From contig MU058781.1 in the NCBI GenBank assembly GCA_013265495.1, positions 3,783,050 to 3,847,049 of the forward strand: a stretch of 64,000 nt of DNA, in the 5' to 3' direction. Both the position numbers and the translations under genes were made by a program. This DNA comes from Vicugna vicugna (taxonomy: Eukaryota). This document shows positions 1-12,769 of this stretch, piece after piece; the first letter of the stretch is position 1; each line of letters begins with the position of its first letter. The notes under the pieces were generated by a model that worked only from the letters and a program-made list of their open reading frames with translations, made no database searches and had not been told where the DNA came from.

Positions 1-59
1 AAGGGGAGACCCAGGCCTCCCGAAGTGAAGAGTCGGAGGCCTCTTAGAGTCTGTCTGCT

Positions 60-545
60 GCAGTAATGTGTGCACCTGCACATCTAGGCAATATTTCTGT
101 CATCTGTCTAATCTCTCTCTGTTTCTGTCTTTCATTCATCTTTCTATCTGGAAAATCATGGTTCACGCTAATAAGTCCAGTTCCAACCCAACACCACCAC
201 GTTCATCGCCACCCCTCCCCTCTTACGGATGCTCTCCCCCCTGCTAGGGCTTTGATACCCGCCCAAGAGGATGCCTCGGTCATCAAGCTCAGCCTCTGAC
301 ACACACGTGGAGCCACCCCGTACGTGGATGCCCCCACCCTGTGGGCTCTGACGCCCAGGTCAGGCCCCGCCTTGCACGGAGGGCTTCTTTACCTTGCTTG
401 GGTGCAGACACACCACAGCTAAGCCTCTCTCCCGCACCATAGACGTCCACCTTGCTCTGTCCCGTCTAATACTTTAGGATGACAGAATCATTTGGGAAGA
501 TAGGGAAGAGCAAGATGGGGAAAGAGCACACTTCTCTTTAACGAT
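60..545 (-). mobile_element. Old L1 3'-UTR fragment (L1MD-like)
   Basis: Motifs ggatgcccccaccctgtgggctctgac and tccagttccaacccaacacc resemble the recalled L1MD 3' end. Boundaries approximate. Confidence 0.45.
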
Positions 546-3336
546 TCCATTTTTTTCTCATGGAACACAGTTCTCCTCCCCTCCCCCCGAAGATGGGAGA
601 GTGGGTACGACACATTCCCTGGACAGATGGGGTACAATACAAGTGGTGAGTCTATAAATGTGCAGCCTATTAGCCGGAGGTGGAGGAACTCTAATGTGTG
701 AAGCAGCAGAAAAAAATACAAAGGAAGGACAAAGGGAAACGAGCAAGCACAGTCTTTTCATTGGACCTCTGTGCTTTGCCTGCGCTCATCTATTTCTGGT
801 CTGAAAAGCCCACTTTTCTGTCCCTTCCATTCATTCGCTTCCTCACTTCATTGAAGGGCCAGCTCACAAAGTTCTGTCTTCCACAGAAGACCCTCACTAA
901 CCTGAGCCCAGCCCTCTTATTCCCCCTTTTAAATTCCCATCCATGCTCCTGTCTCTGTCCCTGTGTTCGAGCACTCAGTTCTGTATGATCTTGTATCGAT
1001 CTCTAGCTCTTTTATGGACACACATCTTTCCTCCTGAACTAGATAGTAAGTTCCATAAAGATACACTTCATTGTGTCTTTCACAGGATTGTTGAGTGATT
1101 GAAATCAGCTGCCCTGTGTAGGGACATGCTCTCGGGGCAAAGAGAGAAAGACAGGAATGTTTTCTGAAGAGTGGTCACTAGTTATTTCATCTCTTGATCT
1201 CATCTCATCTCTCGATTAGGTCATCTCTTGATTGAAGGCAAGCACAGTATCAAAAGGTTCACTAAATACCTACTGGATTATAATTTAGCACATCCAGTAA
1301 CAATCTCTCCAAAATATGAGGGCCCCAGAAATCACATCCATCGTATTTCACCTACCCAAGATGGATGGTCAGTGACAGGCATATAAAACTGGGGAGATGG
1401 CTTTATTTATATCCCTGTTTTTCTGGACCCTGTATATAACACGAGCTCCATAATTTAGAAGAGTCTCACTGAATGGGGATGCACAATTATATTTATAAAT
1501 CACTGAAAATGAGGGATCAAAGATTAAGATTGTCTTCTGGTACAGAGTGTGAGTTAAGAAAGGCAGCAGCTTTGGTTGCAGTAAAAAAATAGAACAATTT
1601 TCTAGCCTGACAGTCACCCTCAGTCCTCTATTGTGTCACAGCCATGGTGTTTAAGGCGGGTGCTTCTTGTGGATTCTTCAAAGCCATGCAGTAGCTGGAG
1701 CTGCATGTGATTTGAATTTCAGACTTATTTATAACAACCAACCAGAAGTTTGTCTTATCACAAAATCCCTAGTAACTGTGTAGGGGGTGGATATTAGTCA
1801 TCACCGCAGAAATGTGAGCTAGTTTGACCCAAGTCACTGAGAAGCATCAGACCTGGAAAATCTTGACCTTCTGACCAGTACACTTCACTTTCCAAGAGGC
1901 CTTGTGGATAGTATCATTTTTTTTTCTTTTGGTGTTAGTAATGAATCAGATCGTGGCTTTGGGTAGTACTTCCTGTTCAAGTGATATTCTCAAGCCTTCC
2001 TTAATCCCTCCGATCTAACACTCAGCTAGTCAAAACAGACACAAAGCATAACATCACCTTGCTATCACAACATGCAGTGCCCCTGTCCTGCGGCTGCTGG
2101 GGTGACAGCCTGGTTCCACTCGGCTGCACGAGGCCCCTTTAAGGGGTGGAAGCAGGAAGGAAGGCGCTGCACGTGGGCTGCCAAAACACGTGAGCCTGGC
2201 GCAGAGGCTCCAAACTAGAGCCTGTGAAGAAGGTGAAGCAAAATGTAAACAGAGCTCTTTCTTCTTGGCAAAACCAAGAGACAAAAGACACCTCGGGATG
2301 AGGAGACTGAATTTTCAGATGGGCTAGTTCTAGCCATTTTTAGAGGATTTTCCATCAAATTCAAAAGTAGGCTTTTTTTTTAATAGAACATTTGATTCTA
2401 GTTCTATAGATTAATTGGATACACATACACATGTACACACATACAAACACCACTTGCCCATTTAGTTGGCCAGGGAAAATCTGAAAAATGAAGCTGGCAT
2501 TTTGACTCTTGTCCTGGATGTCAGAGACCACAGTGGTTGCCTCTAAGTGTTCTTGCTCCTTCAGAAGCTGGAAGGGAAAGGCTGCTGTGCTTTAGGAGAG
2601 GGTTAGGTCTACAGGGAACTGTTTGTTGAGGTTCTCTGAGTCCTTTGTTTGCTTTCCTACCATTTTAAATCAACATACTCTTGTGATCAAGAGGAGACCC
2701 CTTGCAAAAGGAGGCTGGACAATATTAGCACCTACCCAGACACACGTGCACTTGAAAACGTTCTCGATCCAGGAAACTGAGGAAGAAATGAGAAGCTTTT
2801 GCTTAAGAGAGGCTCTGTGATGAATTCTTCTGTTTAGCCAATACCCCAGTTATTTTTGGCTCTGTATCAGAATCTCCGCTTATGAGGTTTACGTAGTGTT
2901 AAGTTCTACCTGTATGAATCAGAATATTGTTGAAAAACACTGGAAATGATTGCTTTTTCGTTTGCCAGACTAGGAGGTAGTGGGCTTTGGAGTCAGACCT
3001 ACTATAACCCGCCTCTGTCCCTAACTAATAGCAGGCGGGTCGTTTAGCCTCTCTGACCTTCAGTTTCATTTCCCAACCTCAGAGAGCACTCCGCAGAACC
3101 CAGGACAGCACGGGTACAGGGCAGCTGCTCGGGGAATGAACGTGACGATGGGTTTTGTTAATTACAGAGTCAGAAGCCTACGGAGGCTGCCTGTCATAGA
3201 AGGTCAGCAGTTGGACCTAATTCCTGCCTAGGACATGGACAGGGACAATCAGCAGCTCCTCAGAGGTTTCAAAATTGAGAGTGTGGATGCTGCAGGAAGA
3301 GCCGCTGAGAAACACATCCTTCAAAATCCACTGGAG

Positions 3337-3626
3337 ACAAAAAAGGACAATTATTGGATAACTCTATTTATCTAAGGGACCTAGAATAGGCAAATTCATA
3401 GAGACAGAAAGTCGAATAGAGATGACCAGGGACTGAGGGCAATGGGGAGTTACTGTTTAATGATACAGGTGTTCAGTTTGGGATAATGGAAAGAGATGGA
3501 TAGATACTGGTGGTGGTTGCGCAACAGTGTGAGCATACTTAATGCCACTGAAATGCACATATACAACGGTTAAAATAGTAAACTTTATGTTGTTATGTAT
3601 TTACCAAAATCCTTAAAAAAGGAAAA
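3337..3626 (+). mobile_element. 5'-truncated L1 (L1MB-like 3' end)
   Basis: aaattcatagagacagaaag...cttaatgccactgaa 3'-UTR motifs and an A-tail. 14-bp TSD AAAATCCA(C/T)TGGAG at 3323-3336 and 3627-3640. Confidence 0.85.
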
Positions 3627-3984
3627 AAAATCCATTGGAGTAAAGCAAATCAAGATATATCCAATCATGATCTACTATGTAGCTGTTAGAAAGAATGAAG
3701 ATTTTATTCTACTAACGTAGAAAGATGCCCAGGATATGTTGCTAAGTGAAAAAACCAAGCTGCAGCCATATGTGTAGCATAATGCCAGTTCCAGATGCTG
3801 CTGCTTCCTCTCGCTTAAATTGCTTTACTTGACTAATCTTATCTCTCGTCATCACCTCTTTCTGCAGATGAGGAAGCTAAGGTTCAGATCCTTGCCCAAG
3901 GACATGGATTTAGTTAAGTGGTAGGGCCTGAATTTTGATCTAGCTCTGACTGCCTTGGTCCTGAACTCTGAGTTTTAAATTCTT

Positions 3985-4117
3985 TAGCATTGGCTTCATC
4001 TGGGAGCATTTTAGAAATGCGGATTCTCAGGCCCCACCCCAGACCCACTGGATCAGTATTGCAGAATAACAAGGTCCTCAGGTGATGCTTGTGTACATGG
4101 CAGGCTGGGGAGACTGA
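3985..4117. mobile_element. MER5-like hAT DNA transposon fragment
   Basis: ttagaaatgcggattctcaggccccaccccagacc motif. Confidence 0.7.
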
Positions 4118-4171
4118 AAGCCAAACCACTATGTGACACTTTCTGCCAGTCTTAACAAGAAGAAGAATAAA

Positions 4172-4245
4172 TACAGTTGGCCCTTGATCTACATGGGAGT
4201 TAGGGACACCCACCCTCTGCACTGTGGAAAATCCACATATAACAT
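4172..4245. mobile_element. Tigger2-like DNA transposon terminus
   Basis: TA followed by cagttggcccttga...gaaaatccacatataac, resembling the Tigger terminal repeat. Confidence 0.55.
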
Positions 4246-5451
4246 AAAATGTCTAAAGGGGTCCATAGTGTAGCAACATACGAGTACAACGTTGCTGAGA
4301 GGCAGGGGTAGATTGGAGTGTGGCCCTGGGGCCACCCAGACCCTGCATCCCAGCTCTGCCATCAGCAGCTGTAAGGCCTTCACCTTCAGCTCAGCTTACC
4401 CTCTTTCAACCCAAGTGTCTGTATCAGTGCAGCAGAGGTAATGGTGCCTACATCACAGAGCTGTAGGGCCGGAAAAGGAGACACTGCACTTACGAGTGTT
4501 CTGGGCGCTTCGCTGCTTGTCTGCTTCTGATCTCACCAGCGGCAGTGTCCTGGAGGCCACTGTCTTCTCCTTCCACATTGCCTTCTGCTTCCCTACATGC
4601 TCACTTCTTTCCAGAAGCCACTCGCTCCCACCACTATGATGGCGATCCTTTTTGCTCTCTGGACTTTTTTCTCTAGCATTTATTCTAAACCCTTAAACTG
4701 AACCCAAAGCAAGAGTCACCACCTTGAACCAAGGCCTAGGGGAAAGGCCAAGAGAGACGGAAGTTCAGTTAGATTATTTACCAACAATGAGCATCAGCTG
4801 TTTAGGATTAGCCAAAGACCGTGGTTTTGTCCTCATAATGTCTTTGTAATATACATGTCCCCAAATGTAAGGAAAAAATGTGTCCTGGGTTTTCCTTTGT
4901 ATCATGTTTAGCTATTCCTTGCATCAAAGTTTTAAAGTAGAAACATTAATTGTTGCCACATTTAGTAATTTTTAAGAGCGGAATTTGTAAAAAAGAAAAA
5001 AAATTGTTCGTTTGTTCATTACGTGAGTCTACTCGACACCAGCTGCATGAGAGACATTGTGCTGGGTGGCACACAGAGAGAAATAAGGCAGAGCTTGGTC
5101 CTCAAGGAATTTACAGGCTTGTAAGAGAAACAGAAGGAAATGGCAGTTGTATGGAGGGGGCCAGGTCCTGCCCAGAAACAGCTGTGCAGAAACCCTTGGG
5201 GTGTTCATTAGGTACCAGAGGCAGGAGCTGAAGGCCTGCAAGAATCTCGAGGCAGGTGAGAAACTTGTTCAAGTGGCTTCTGTCTACATCATGCTGTTTT
5301 TATCCGTCTCATTGAGACGGTAATTCTTTGGTTGTTGTGGAATCTTAGATCACAGTTCCCTGGATCCATTTTTTTAAAGGTAGAATTCCAGAATACTAAA
5401 TGAAGTAAGCTAGTCAACATAACTGTCTATGTTTCTTTTTTTATAAGATCA

Positions 5452-5599
5452 TCTTATTTTATTTTTATTTATTTTTCATTTTTGGTGGAGGGGGTAATTA
5501 GGTTTATGTATTTACTTTTTAATGGAGGTACTGGGGATTGAACCCAGGACCTTGTACATGCTAGGCACCGCACTCTGCCACTGAGCTACACCCTCCCCC
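5452..5599 (-). mobile_element. tRNA-derived SINE, camelid Vic-1-like
   Basis: Reverse complement reads GGGGGAGGGTGTAGCTCAGTGGCAGAG...GGTCCTGGGTTCAATCCCCAGTACCTCC followed by an A-rich tail. Pol III A and B boxes present. Confidence 0.85.
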
Positions 5600-6654
5600 A
5601 AGGCTGTCTGTTAGGTTTAAATGTTTATGAAGATAGACTGTTAATCAGGCATTTGAGAAAAACTGGAAGGATTTTTGTATGTCTGTTTCCTCCATCACCC
5701 TCCAGGAACCTTCGGGGAAGAACTGTATCATTTCTATATCCTGTGTCATCCCTGTATTCCACAGCTGAACACCACGCTCAGTAGCTCAGTCAATACTCAA
5801 CTAACTGAAGGCCAGAGACACACTCCCAACCCCCCTCCCCAGCTCAGGCCTGGCTGGGTTGGGTGCCCTGTGGTGCCCAGGAGGGGGCACTGTGGACACA
5901 GGTCCAAGCCCCGAGGCTGGGCATTATAAGCCTTCTTCAGACCAAGGAACTAACAGCCTATATAATACTGTCCAGGAGGCTCAGACTATTCCAGAAAAAG
6001 AAAAAAAACAAATCCTGTGTTATGCCCCAGACCCAGGAGCAACCTTGCTCTAGATGGAAAAGCCAAACATGCATCAGAAACCCTGAACAAAAACTATCCT
6101 AAAAAGACAATCCAGAAGCCGCAAGAAGGGGGGGAAAAAAAAAAGAAGAAGAAGAAGAAAAAAGAAATAAAAAGACAAGATTTTACTATATTAAAAAAAA
6201 AAACCTCTAGAAAACAAGACATTTAAAAACGTTAAAAGACATATGACAGGCTAAAGTATCTACACCACATATATTAGAATAAGGCTTAGTGTCCTAAATG
6301 CACACAAGGAGCCAGAGAGAAAAACTCAAAACTTAAGGGAAAGAGGCAACGGGAGCTGAACTAGCAATTCGTGTATTAGTAAAACAAGCGGCTGATAAAC
6401 AGAGGGCTTACCTGCGATCCAAGAAACGCAAATTAAAGTGGCAGTGAGGAACTTTTTCACCTCCTGGACTGGCAGCAGTGAAAAAGATCCAGTGTTGGTA
6501 AAGGTGGATGTCGAAGGGCCCTCTGAGGGAAAGGGCAACCCGGTTATTGCTGGAGGGCAATTGGCAGTTTCCACTAGAATTTAGAAGGTAAACATGCCTG
6601 TGCCCGAGAATCCAATTCTAGGAATTGATTCTAATGAAACTAACATCAGCTAAC

Positions 6655-6880
6655 CGTAACTGAGCGCTGCCTGTGTGCCAGATCCCACATCAGGTGTGTT
6701 ACTGGGACCACTTTATTTCCATCACAAGATGTCCTGCTGAGTATAAGCCTGTAACTAACCTCCACTTTCCAGAAGGAGGAACTGAGGCTTAGGGAAGTTA
6801 AATTTTCACAGCGAATAATCAGTGAAGCCAGAATTTAAACCCAGGCAGTCAAATTCCAGAGCCCACACTTCTAATCACTC
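6655..6880 (-). mobile_element. MIR SINE
   Basis: Core gaggaactgaggcttagggaagttaa...gaatttaaacccaggcagtc. Further MIR fragments lie near 2985, 3860, 4300, 9960, 13780, 19250, 20540, 20760, 28620, 36570, 38620 and 55590. Confidence 0.8.
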
Positions 6881-7204
6881 CCTGTCCCATAGCACAATTA
6901 TAATACAGAGATTATCTTAAATTCTAAAATTAGAAGGATTGTTGGTTAAATCCCAGCCAACCGTGGGACATTATGCAGCAAGTAGGTAGTTTCGTTTGAA
7001 TTGATTGGGAAACTACTCATATCATATTATTCAGTAGGAAAAACACATGAGTAGCATAATCAATGATTATTTTAAAAACCATACACTTGTATATAAAAGG
7101 TGAACACACACCAAATTGTTTACAGTAGTTATTCTTCTGATATGGAAGTGGGGGGACTCCTACTTCTTTACTTTAAAAATCTATCATATAGTTCTTTTCA
7201 CCTA

Positions 7205-7600
7205 GTGAGTAACAGAAAACCTAACTCGAATTACCTTTAGTACAAAAGGGGACCTTTGCTCATGTAATTGGAAGGTTTAGAGGTCTGGTGTGATTTGGCA
7301 GCTTGCCAATGCCAGGATTGGTATGATTTGGCAACCTAATGTCTTCAAAGAGTTGGTTTCTTTCCACCTCTCTCCTTTGCCTTCTGTTGTGTCGGCTGAA
7401 TTCTTAGGCCTGGTTCCCTCATGGTAGTAAAAGGGCTGCAGCAGTTCCAAGCTTCACATGTGCATCCCATGGTATCCAGAAGCAGAATGTGTCTGTGTCC
7501 CATAATTCTCAGCAAACATCTCCAGATTCAACACTGATTGAATCAATCCTGAATGAACCCCTGAAGCCAGGGGAATGGCAAATGCTGACTGGCTAAGGCG
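7205..7600 (-). mobile_element. MLT1-type (MaLR) LTR fragment
   Basis: gtaacagaaaacctaactc...gctcatgtaattggaagg...ggctgcagcagttcca motifs. Confidence 0.6.
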
Positions 7601-7999
7601 TTTTTGTTCATCTGCAAGATTGAAAAACCACATCTCCCTGTGGTTTTACTTTGCCTTTCTTCTGTCGTGTAGGAGGTTGAGAAGCTTAATATACTTCAAA
7701 GCCACAGGCATTTATTATTTTGTAAATCATCTGTTTGTGTCCTTTGCCATTTTCTCTTCTGTGCAACTGTCATTTTTCTTGGAAGGCAGAAAATGATGCA
7801 TCCTTAACACCCCTCGATGGGAAGATGGAACTGAAAGTACATCATTATGTAGGCCGTTGGGTTACAAGTGGGTGTTGGAGCAACGGCGGTGGGTGGAATG
7901 GCCCAGAAAGAACCCGCAGGGTGAGGGGCACACGCAGACAACAGGAGTGCTCATCTAAGAAAGAGTTTTACCTTTGAAAGGGTTTTAAACAAAAGACAA

Positions 8000-8091
8000 A
8001 TGAAAAACAAATAAAGAATATGCAATGAGGATCATGATGCCTAAAATCTTAACTATCTGGCCCTTTACAGAAAATGTTTGCTAAATCCCTG
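8000..8091. mobile_element. MER58-like hAT fragment
   Basis: cctaaaatcttaactatctggccctttacagaaaatgtttgct motif. Confidence 0.7.
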
Positions 8092-9485
8092 GAATCCGGG
8101 ATGAAGGGAAAAAGAGGAGGCTGAGATGATGGTGTCGGGGAGGCAGGTGACTCAGACCCACCAGCAGCTCAGAAGTGAAGAATCCCAAGTTTTTATTAGA
8201 TTGGAGGAATTATTGGCGTTGAGTTTGGCCAAGAATTCAGGTAAGATGAAGATTATGAGTGCTTTGGAAACAGCAATGAGGAAGGAGGTTACTGGGACCT
8301 TTGATAGAACAGGTTTGAGGGAGTGTTGAGGTTTTGAGTCACAAGAAGGAAAAAAAAAACAGGGAGGGAGGGCAGGAGAGACAGAGAGAGAGACAGAAAT
8401 AGAGAGAGAAAGACAGAGAGAGAGTGAGCAAGCGAGCGCCTGGGCACAAAACATGAGTGCTTAGTAAAAGTGAGAAAAAACACGCATGACTTCTCTAAGA
8501 CAAATCACTATTTTTGTGAATGCAAATGTTGTTCATTTCTTTAAAGCACACCTTGGATCTGTGTGACCTAAACTACAGATCTCCCCTTGTCCATCTCTCC
8601 CTCCATAAGGAAGTAAATCCCTAATAGGCGTACAAGCAGACAGTGCTGGGCTGGGAGAACCCTTGGGTGCAAGCCAGCCCCCGCCCGCGTGCTAGTGGGG
8701 AGGCAGCTGACAGCTCAGAGAGGAAGGTAACGTAGTCACCAGGCCGCAGTGCACTGTGCAGGAGCCAGGACCCCGGCGGTTAAGCCCAACCCTTTTCCTA
8801 CTCTATGGCTGCCATTTTTATCTTCCATGACAGCATCTAACATCTTGCTGACATCAGTAGATCTTCCACAGATGTTTCCAAATATTATGTATTTATTTCT
8901 AGACATTGCATTTCACTCTTTTTCAAACTTCTATTTTGGACACACCCTCTTTCATTTTTGCAACATTATTGAAGTATAATTGTTTTCCTGTGGTAAAGTA
9001 CATATGATACAAAGTTTATCATTTTTAAGTGTATAGTTTTATAGCATTAAGCACATTCACATTGTTGTTTTAGAAGTTCACATCAAGTACCATTTATTAC
9101 CATCATGAAAAAAATGAATTTTTTCTTCTTCCCAAACTGAAACCATACTCATTAAACAATAACCCCCTATTCCTGGTTGGCTTATAATTTACATACAATA
9201 AAATCCCCATTTTAAGTGTACGTTTTGTTGGATTTTGACAAATGTATACTCTTGGGTACTGACTATCATAATGAAAATATTCTCTCAAGGTACTTTGCAG
9301 TCAATTTTCAAACACACCTCTGACCTCTGATGCAGATTTATGTTTTGTTCAAAGCACATACTTTCGCTCTTCTGCAGACTGAAAAACCACACCACGTTTG
9401 AAATAGTAATGCCTTAGAAAAATATTCACCTTACAGTTCACACTTATCTGCCCCAAATTTCACCATTAACACTACTTTAAAGAAA

Positions 9486-9601
9486 ATTGGTGGGGGAAGG
9501 TATTTAGGTTTATTTGTTTATTTTTAGTAGAGGCACTGGGGATTGAACCCAGGACCTTGTGCACGCTAAGCACACACTCTACCACTGAGCTACACTTTCC
9601 C
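9486..9601 (-). mobile_element. tRNA-derived SINE, camelid Vic-1-like
   Basis: Same head (TAGCTCAGTGGTAGAG...GGTTCAATCCCCAGT) and AAATAAACCTAA tail. Degenerate flanking TAACACT repeat. Confidence 0.85.
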
Positions 9602-11477
9602 TGCTAACACTGCTTCTTAAGGTGCAAATACTATCAGCCATTAACCTATTGCTGCGAATTTGTTCATCATATCTTTGTTGATTAGGTAGTAATATCTTCT
9701 AGGCAAGGAATTAGAACATTTTAAACAAGTAAGTACTTTATTCCAGAAAAACGATTTTAGCTAAATCCCACTTTGCGGCATAGAATTGTTTAACTACAGG
9801 AACTGAAAAGGACTAGTTCTGTAACGTCGAGCCATGTGCTGCTGACATATAAAAGATAGTAGTTCCTTTTGTTCCTGAATCTGTGATCTTGGAGTTTTAG
9901 GCCTTAGGAGGAGAACAGGGTTGCAAGTAAAACAGAGAAATAATAAGGATATTGTATTGAGCCACTAGCACGTGCCAGACACTGCCCGTGCGTGACATGT
10001 AGTCTTGTCCAATCACATTTAATCTCTGAGAACAGCTCTGCAGTAGGTCATGTTCCCTGCCTCATTTACATACAGGGATACTGAGGCTTGGAGAGGCTCT
10101 GTAAATTTCCTAAAGGCACTCAGCTAGTAAGTTGCAGCCCTGTTGCCAGAGACCATTCTTAAATTTTCACTCATTCATTTAACAAATATTTATCTGATCT
10201 CTCTGTGCCTGGCACCCTGCTACGAGCTGGATGTACAACAATGGATAAAGAGGGTTTGTGTCCTCAGACTAGGCTCACGCAGAAAAATGTCCAGTGCTGA
10301 CTAAATGGCACTGCACCGAAGGCCTTTGGGAAGGAGGCTTCTGACATCCCCCCGTGGAGAGATACAGCCACAGGGGCAAGAGTAGGACTTCTTAATTTCT
10401 CAGAAACTGCCAGGCTGTCTTCACCTACTTTAATACCGGTGGGTGGCTCTGCTCTTAAGGAGTAAACAAAGGACGGCTTGGTGACAGCTGGCATTTTGTG
10501 GCTCTGCCCTACATCTAAAGTGGTGACAAGCAGTGGCTTGTGGTCTTGGTGGGTGAGGCCAGTCTGTGGAAGCCCTGGCCTTCTGGGAAGCAGCCACAGC
10601 ACCACAGACTGAAGCTGTGAGAAGTCTTTGGCTAACTGGGTCTGAATTTTCTCAGCCATGTTTGTCTTTGGGGAGAAGAAAAACATGGTAGAAATTCAGC
10701 AGGCTGGGTGAAAAAGCTGGGGGCCTGGCTTTGTTTCAAGAGCAGGGCATCCGCATGCAGGCACGTGGCCCGTGTCTTGTCCTGATTATGGTGGGGGAGC
10801 GCCAACTGCGCTGGTGGGCAGCCTCAGAAAGTGACGACCTCACCTCTCTTCCCAGCTGAACATTTGACATAGTAAGTTATGTGGGGACCTTGAGAAGTCT
10901 TACCAAATGTTCATAAACTGCTGGGGCTTTAGTCAGAATCTCTTGCAAATTCTACATGGAAGTTCCCCATGAAGCCGTGGGAAGTTTTAGACCTCAGCGC
11001 AGATCAAAGACCTTCTCAGTGATTATTTGGAATATTACCCACAGGAAAGCCTTTGGTGATTATCTTTAGTCAGGAGAGTGAGAAGCTTCCTTGAAACACT
11101 TTCCCCTGCATGACTAGCAGGCAGGTGAGCATCTTTGTAGGAACTGCATATGGCGCTGCTAAGATGCTCTCGCCCACGACACAGGTGGGACTGGCCTCAA
11201 ATGGGCAGCTCGAGCCAGAGGGGAGCAGCTGCAGACGGCAGTGTGTGAACAGGCTGCCAGGGCCTCACTTTAATCCAGTGTGAGCCGGGACAGCAGGTGC
11301 ACCCAAACCAAGACATGGAGAAGAAGCCCGAAGACCATACCTGGGCTACAGAAAGGGCAACAAAAGGAAGTGAGGGGAAGTCAGCAGGATTCCCCTCACC
11401 TGAGGCCTGGGGGCCAGGGGCCGGGGTGTGATGGGCCAGGTCAGTGCCCTCCTTATCATTCGACATTAGTAATCCGC

Positions 11478-11790
11478 TGATTCATTCAACAAATATTTAT
11501 CAAGCACTCTCTCCTCGCCAGGCCCTGGGGACACAACAGTAAACAAGGCAGACTCCCTACCGTCATGGGAAGGAGGAAGTTGGCCAATAAATAAATGTTC
11601 AAAAATGTCAGCAGAGACTACAGGGAACCACAAAGCAAGGTGAGGGGTGGGGGTGGTGTCTCCTGGGTGGATCTGCTGTTTTATGCAGGGAGTTCAGGGA
11701 TGCTGTCTCTGATGGTGCTTAGCAGAGACTCAGAAGAAGCGGGGAGCAGGCTCTGCAGACCCTTGTAGGAAGAGCGCTTCAGGCAGAAAT
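11478..11790 (-). mobile_element. L2 LINE 3' fragment
   Basis: Starts attcattcaacaaatatttatcaagcact, the reverse of the L2 tail. Other L2 pieces lie near 840, 5005, 8200, 10165, 13200, 43480, 45590, 47400, 50740, 52280 and 63255. Confidence 0.75.
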
Positions 11791-12630
11791 ATTATGGACC
11801 TTAATCCCAGGAGACCCAGAAGGGCCCAAAACCTTCCATTACTGCTGGACTCCAGTGTCCACACAACCGGCCTAACTCAAAAAGCATTGGTCATGGCTTC
11901 AATGATACCTGATTAGAATGAGACACTTGCATTCTTCAAAAAAAATTTTTTTTCAATTTATTCTAAGGTTGCGATGGAAGAAATAGTTGTAGCTTTCAAA
12001 TTAACTGGTCCCGCAACTGGATTCAGGTGGAATGAGGCTGGCTGGTGCATTCAGTAAAGGCTTTCCTGACCAGGGTGAGACCAGAAGGATGAGAGAGTCA
12101 GTCAGGGCTGCAGGGAAGGGCTGAGTCATCCAAGCAGAGGGAACAGCATGTCGAAGGCCCTGCGGTGGCCCACTCATCTTGAAGACATCACTTCCAAAGG
12201 GCTACTCTTCAGTCTTGAGTCTCTAAGCACAGGGTGGGTACCACCTCCTTAGTGTAAACCAGAGCTGTTAGCCCCTCCGCCCTGCAGGCATTCTGGGGTG
12301 TCTTCTGTCCCCATGCCCCAGGCTGCTAGCCAAGGTTGTTTATATTAGGCGCTGAATTTTTTAAATCCTCCCCCAAAGCCTTGAAACCATTCCTTACCCC
12401 CTTGGGCCCTGAGGGTGACTGGTCTTCTGGCCTTGAACTCCTGTTCCCTTGCTGCATTGCCAGGCTTGGCCAGGTTTATTCAGTGACATCTGGAAAACGG
12501 CTTTCTTGCCCCATGTTTTAGTTTTTTCAAACTACGTGCCATTTTACCATCTCATGGTTATACTGGAATGGGCTCAGATGAAAAAAAAAGTTTAAGATCC
12601 TTTGAAGAAAATATTATGTCATGATATTCA

Positions 12631-12769
12631 TTTTTTTTAAATTTTATTTAAAAAATTTGGGGGGTAATTATTTATCTATTTTTTTAAAAATTTAACAGAG
12701 GTACTGGGGATCGAACCCAGGGCCTCATGCATGCTAAGCATGAACTCCACCACTGAGCTATACACCCCC
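12631..12769 (-). mobile_element. tRNA-derived SINE, camelid Vic-1-like
   Basis: Same head with GGTTCGATCCCC B box and poly-A tail. Degenerate TSD tgtcatgatatt / tgtcacggtgtt. Confidence 0.85.
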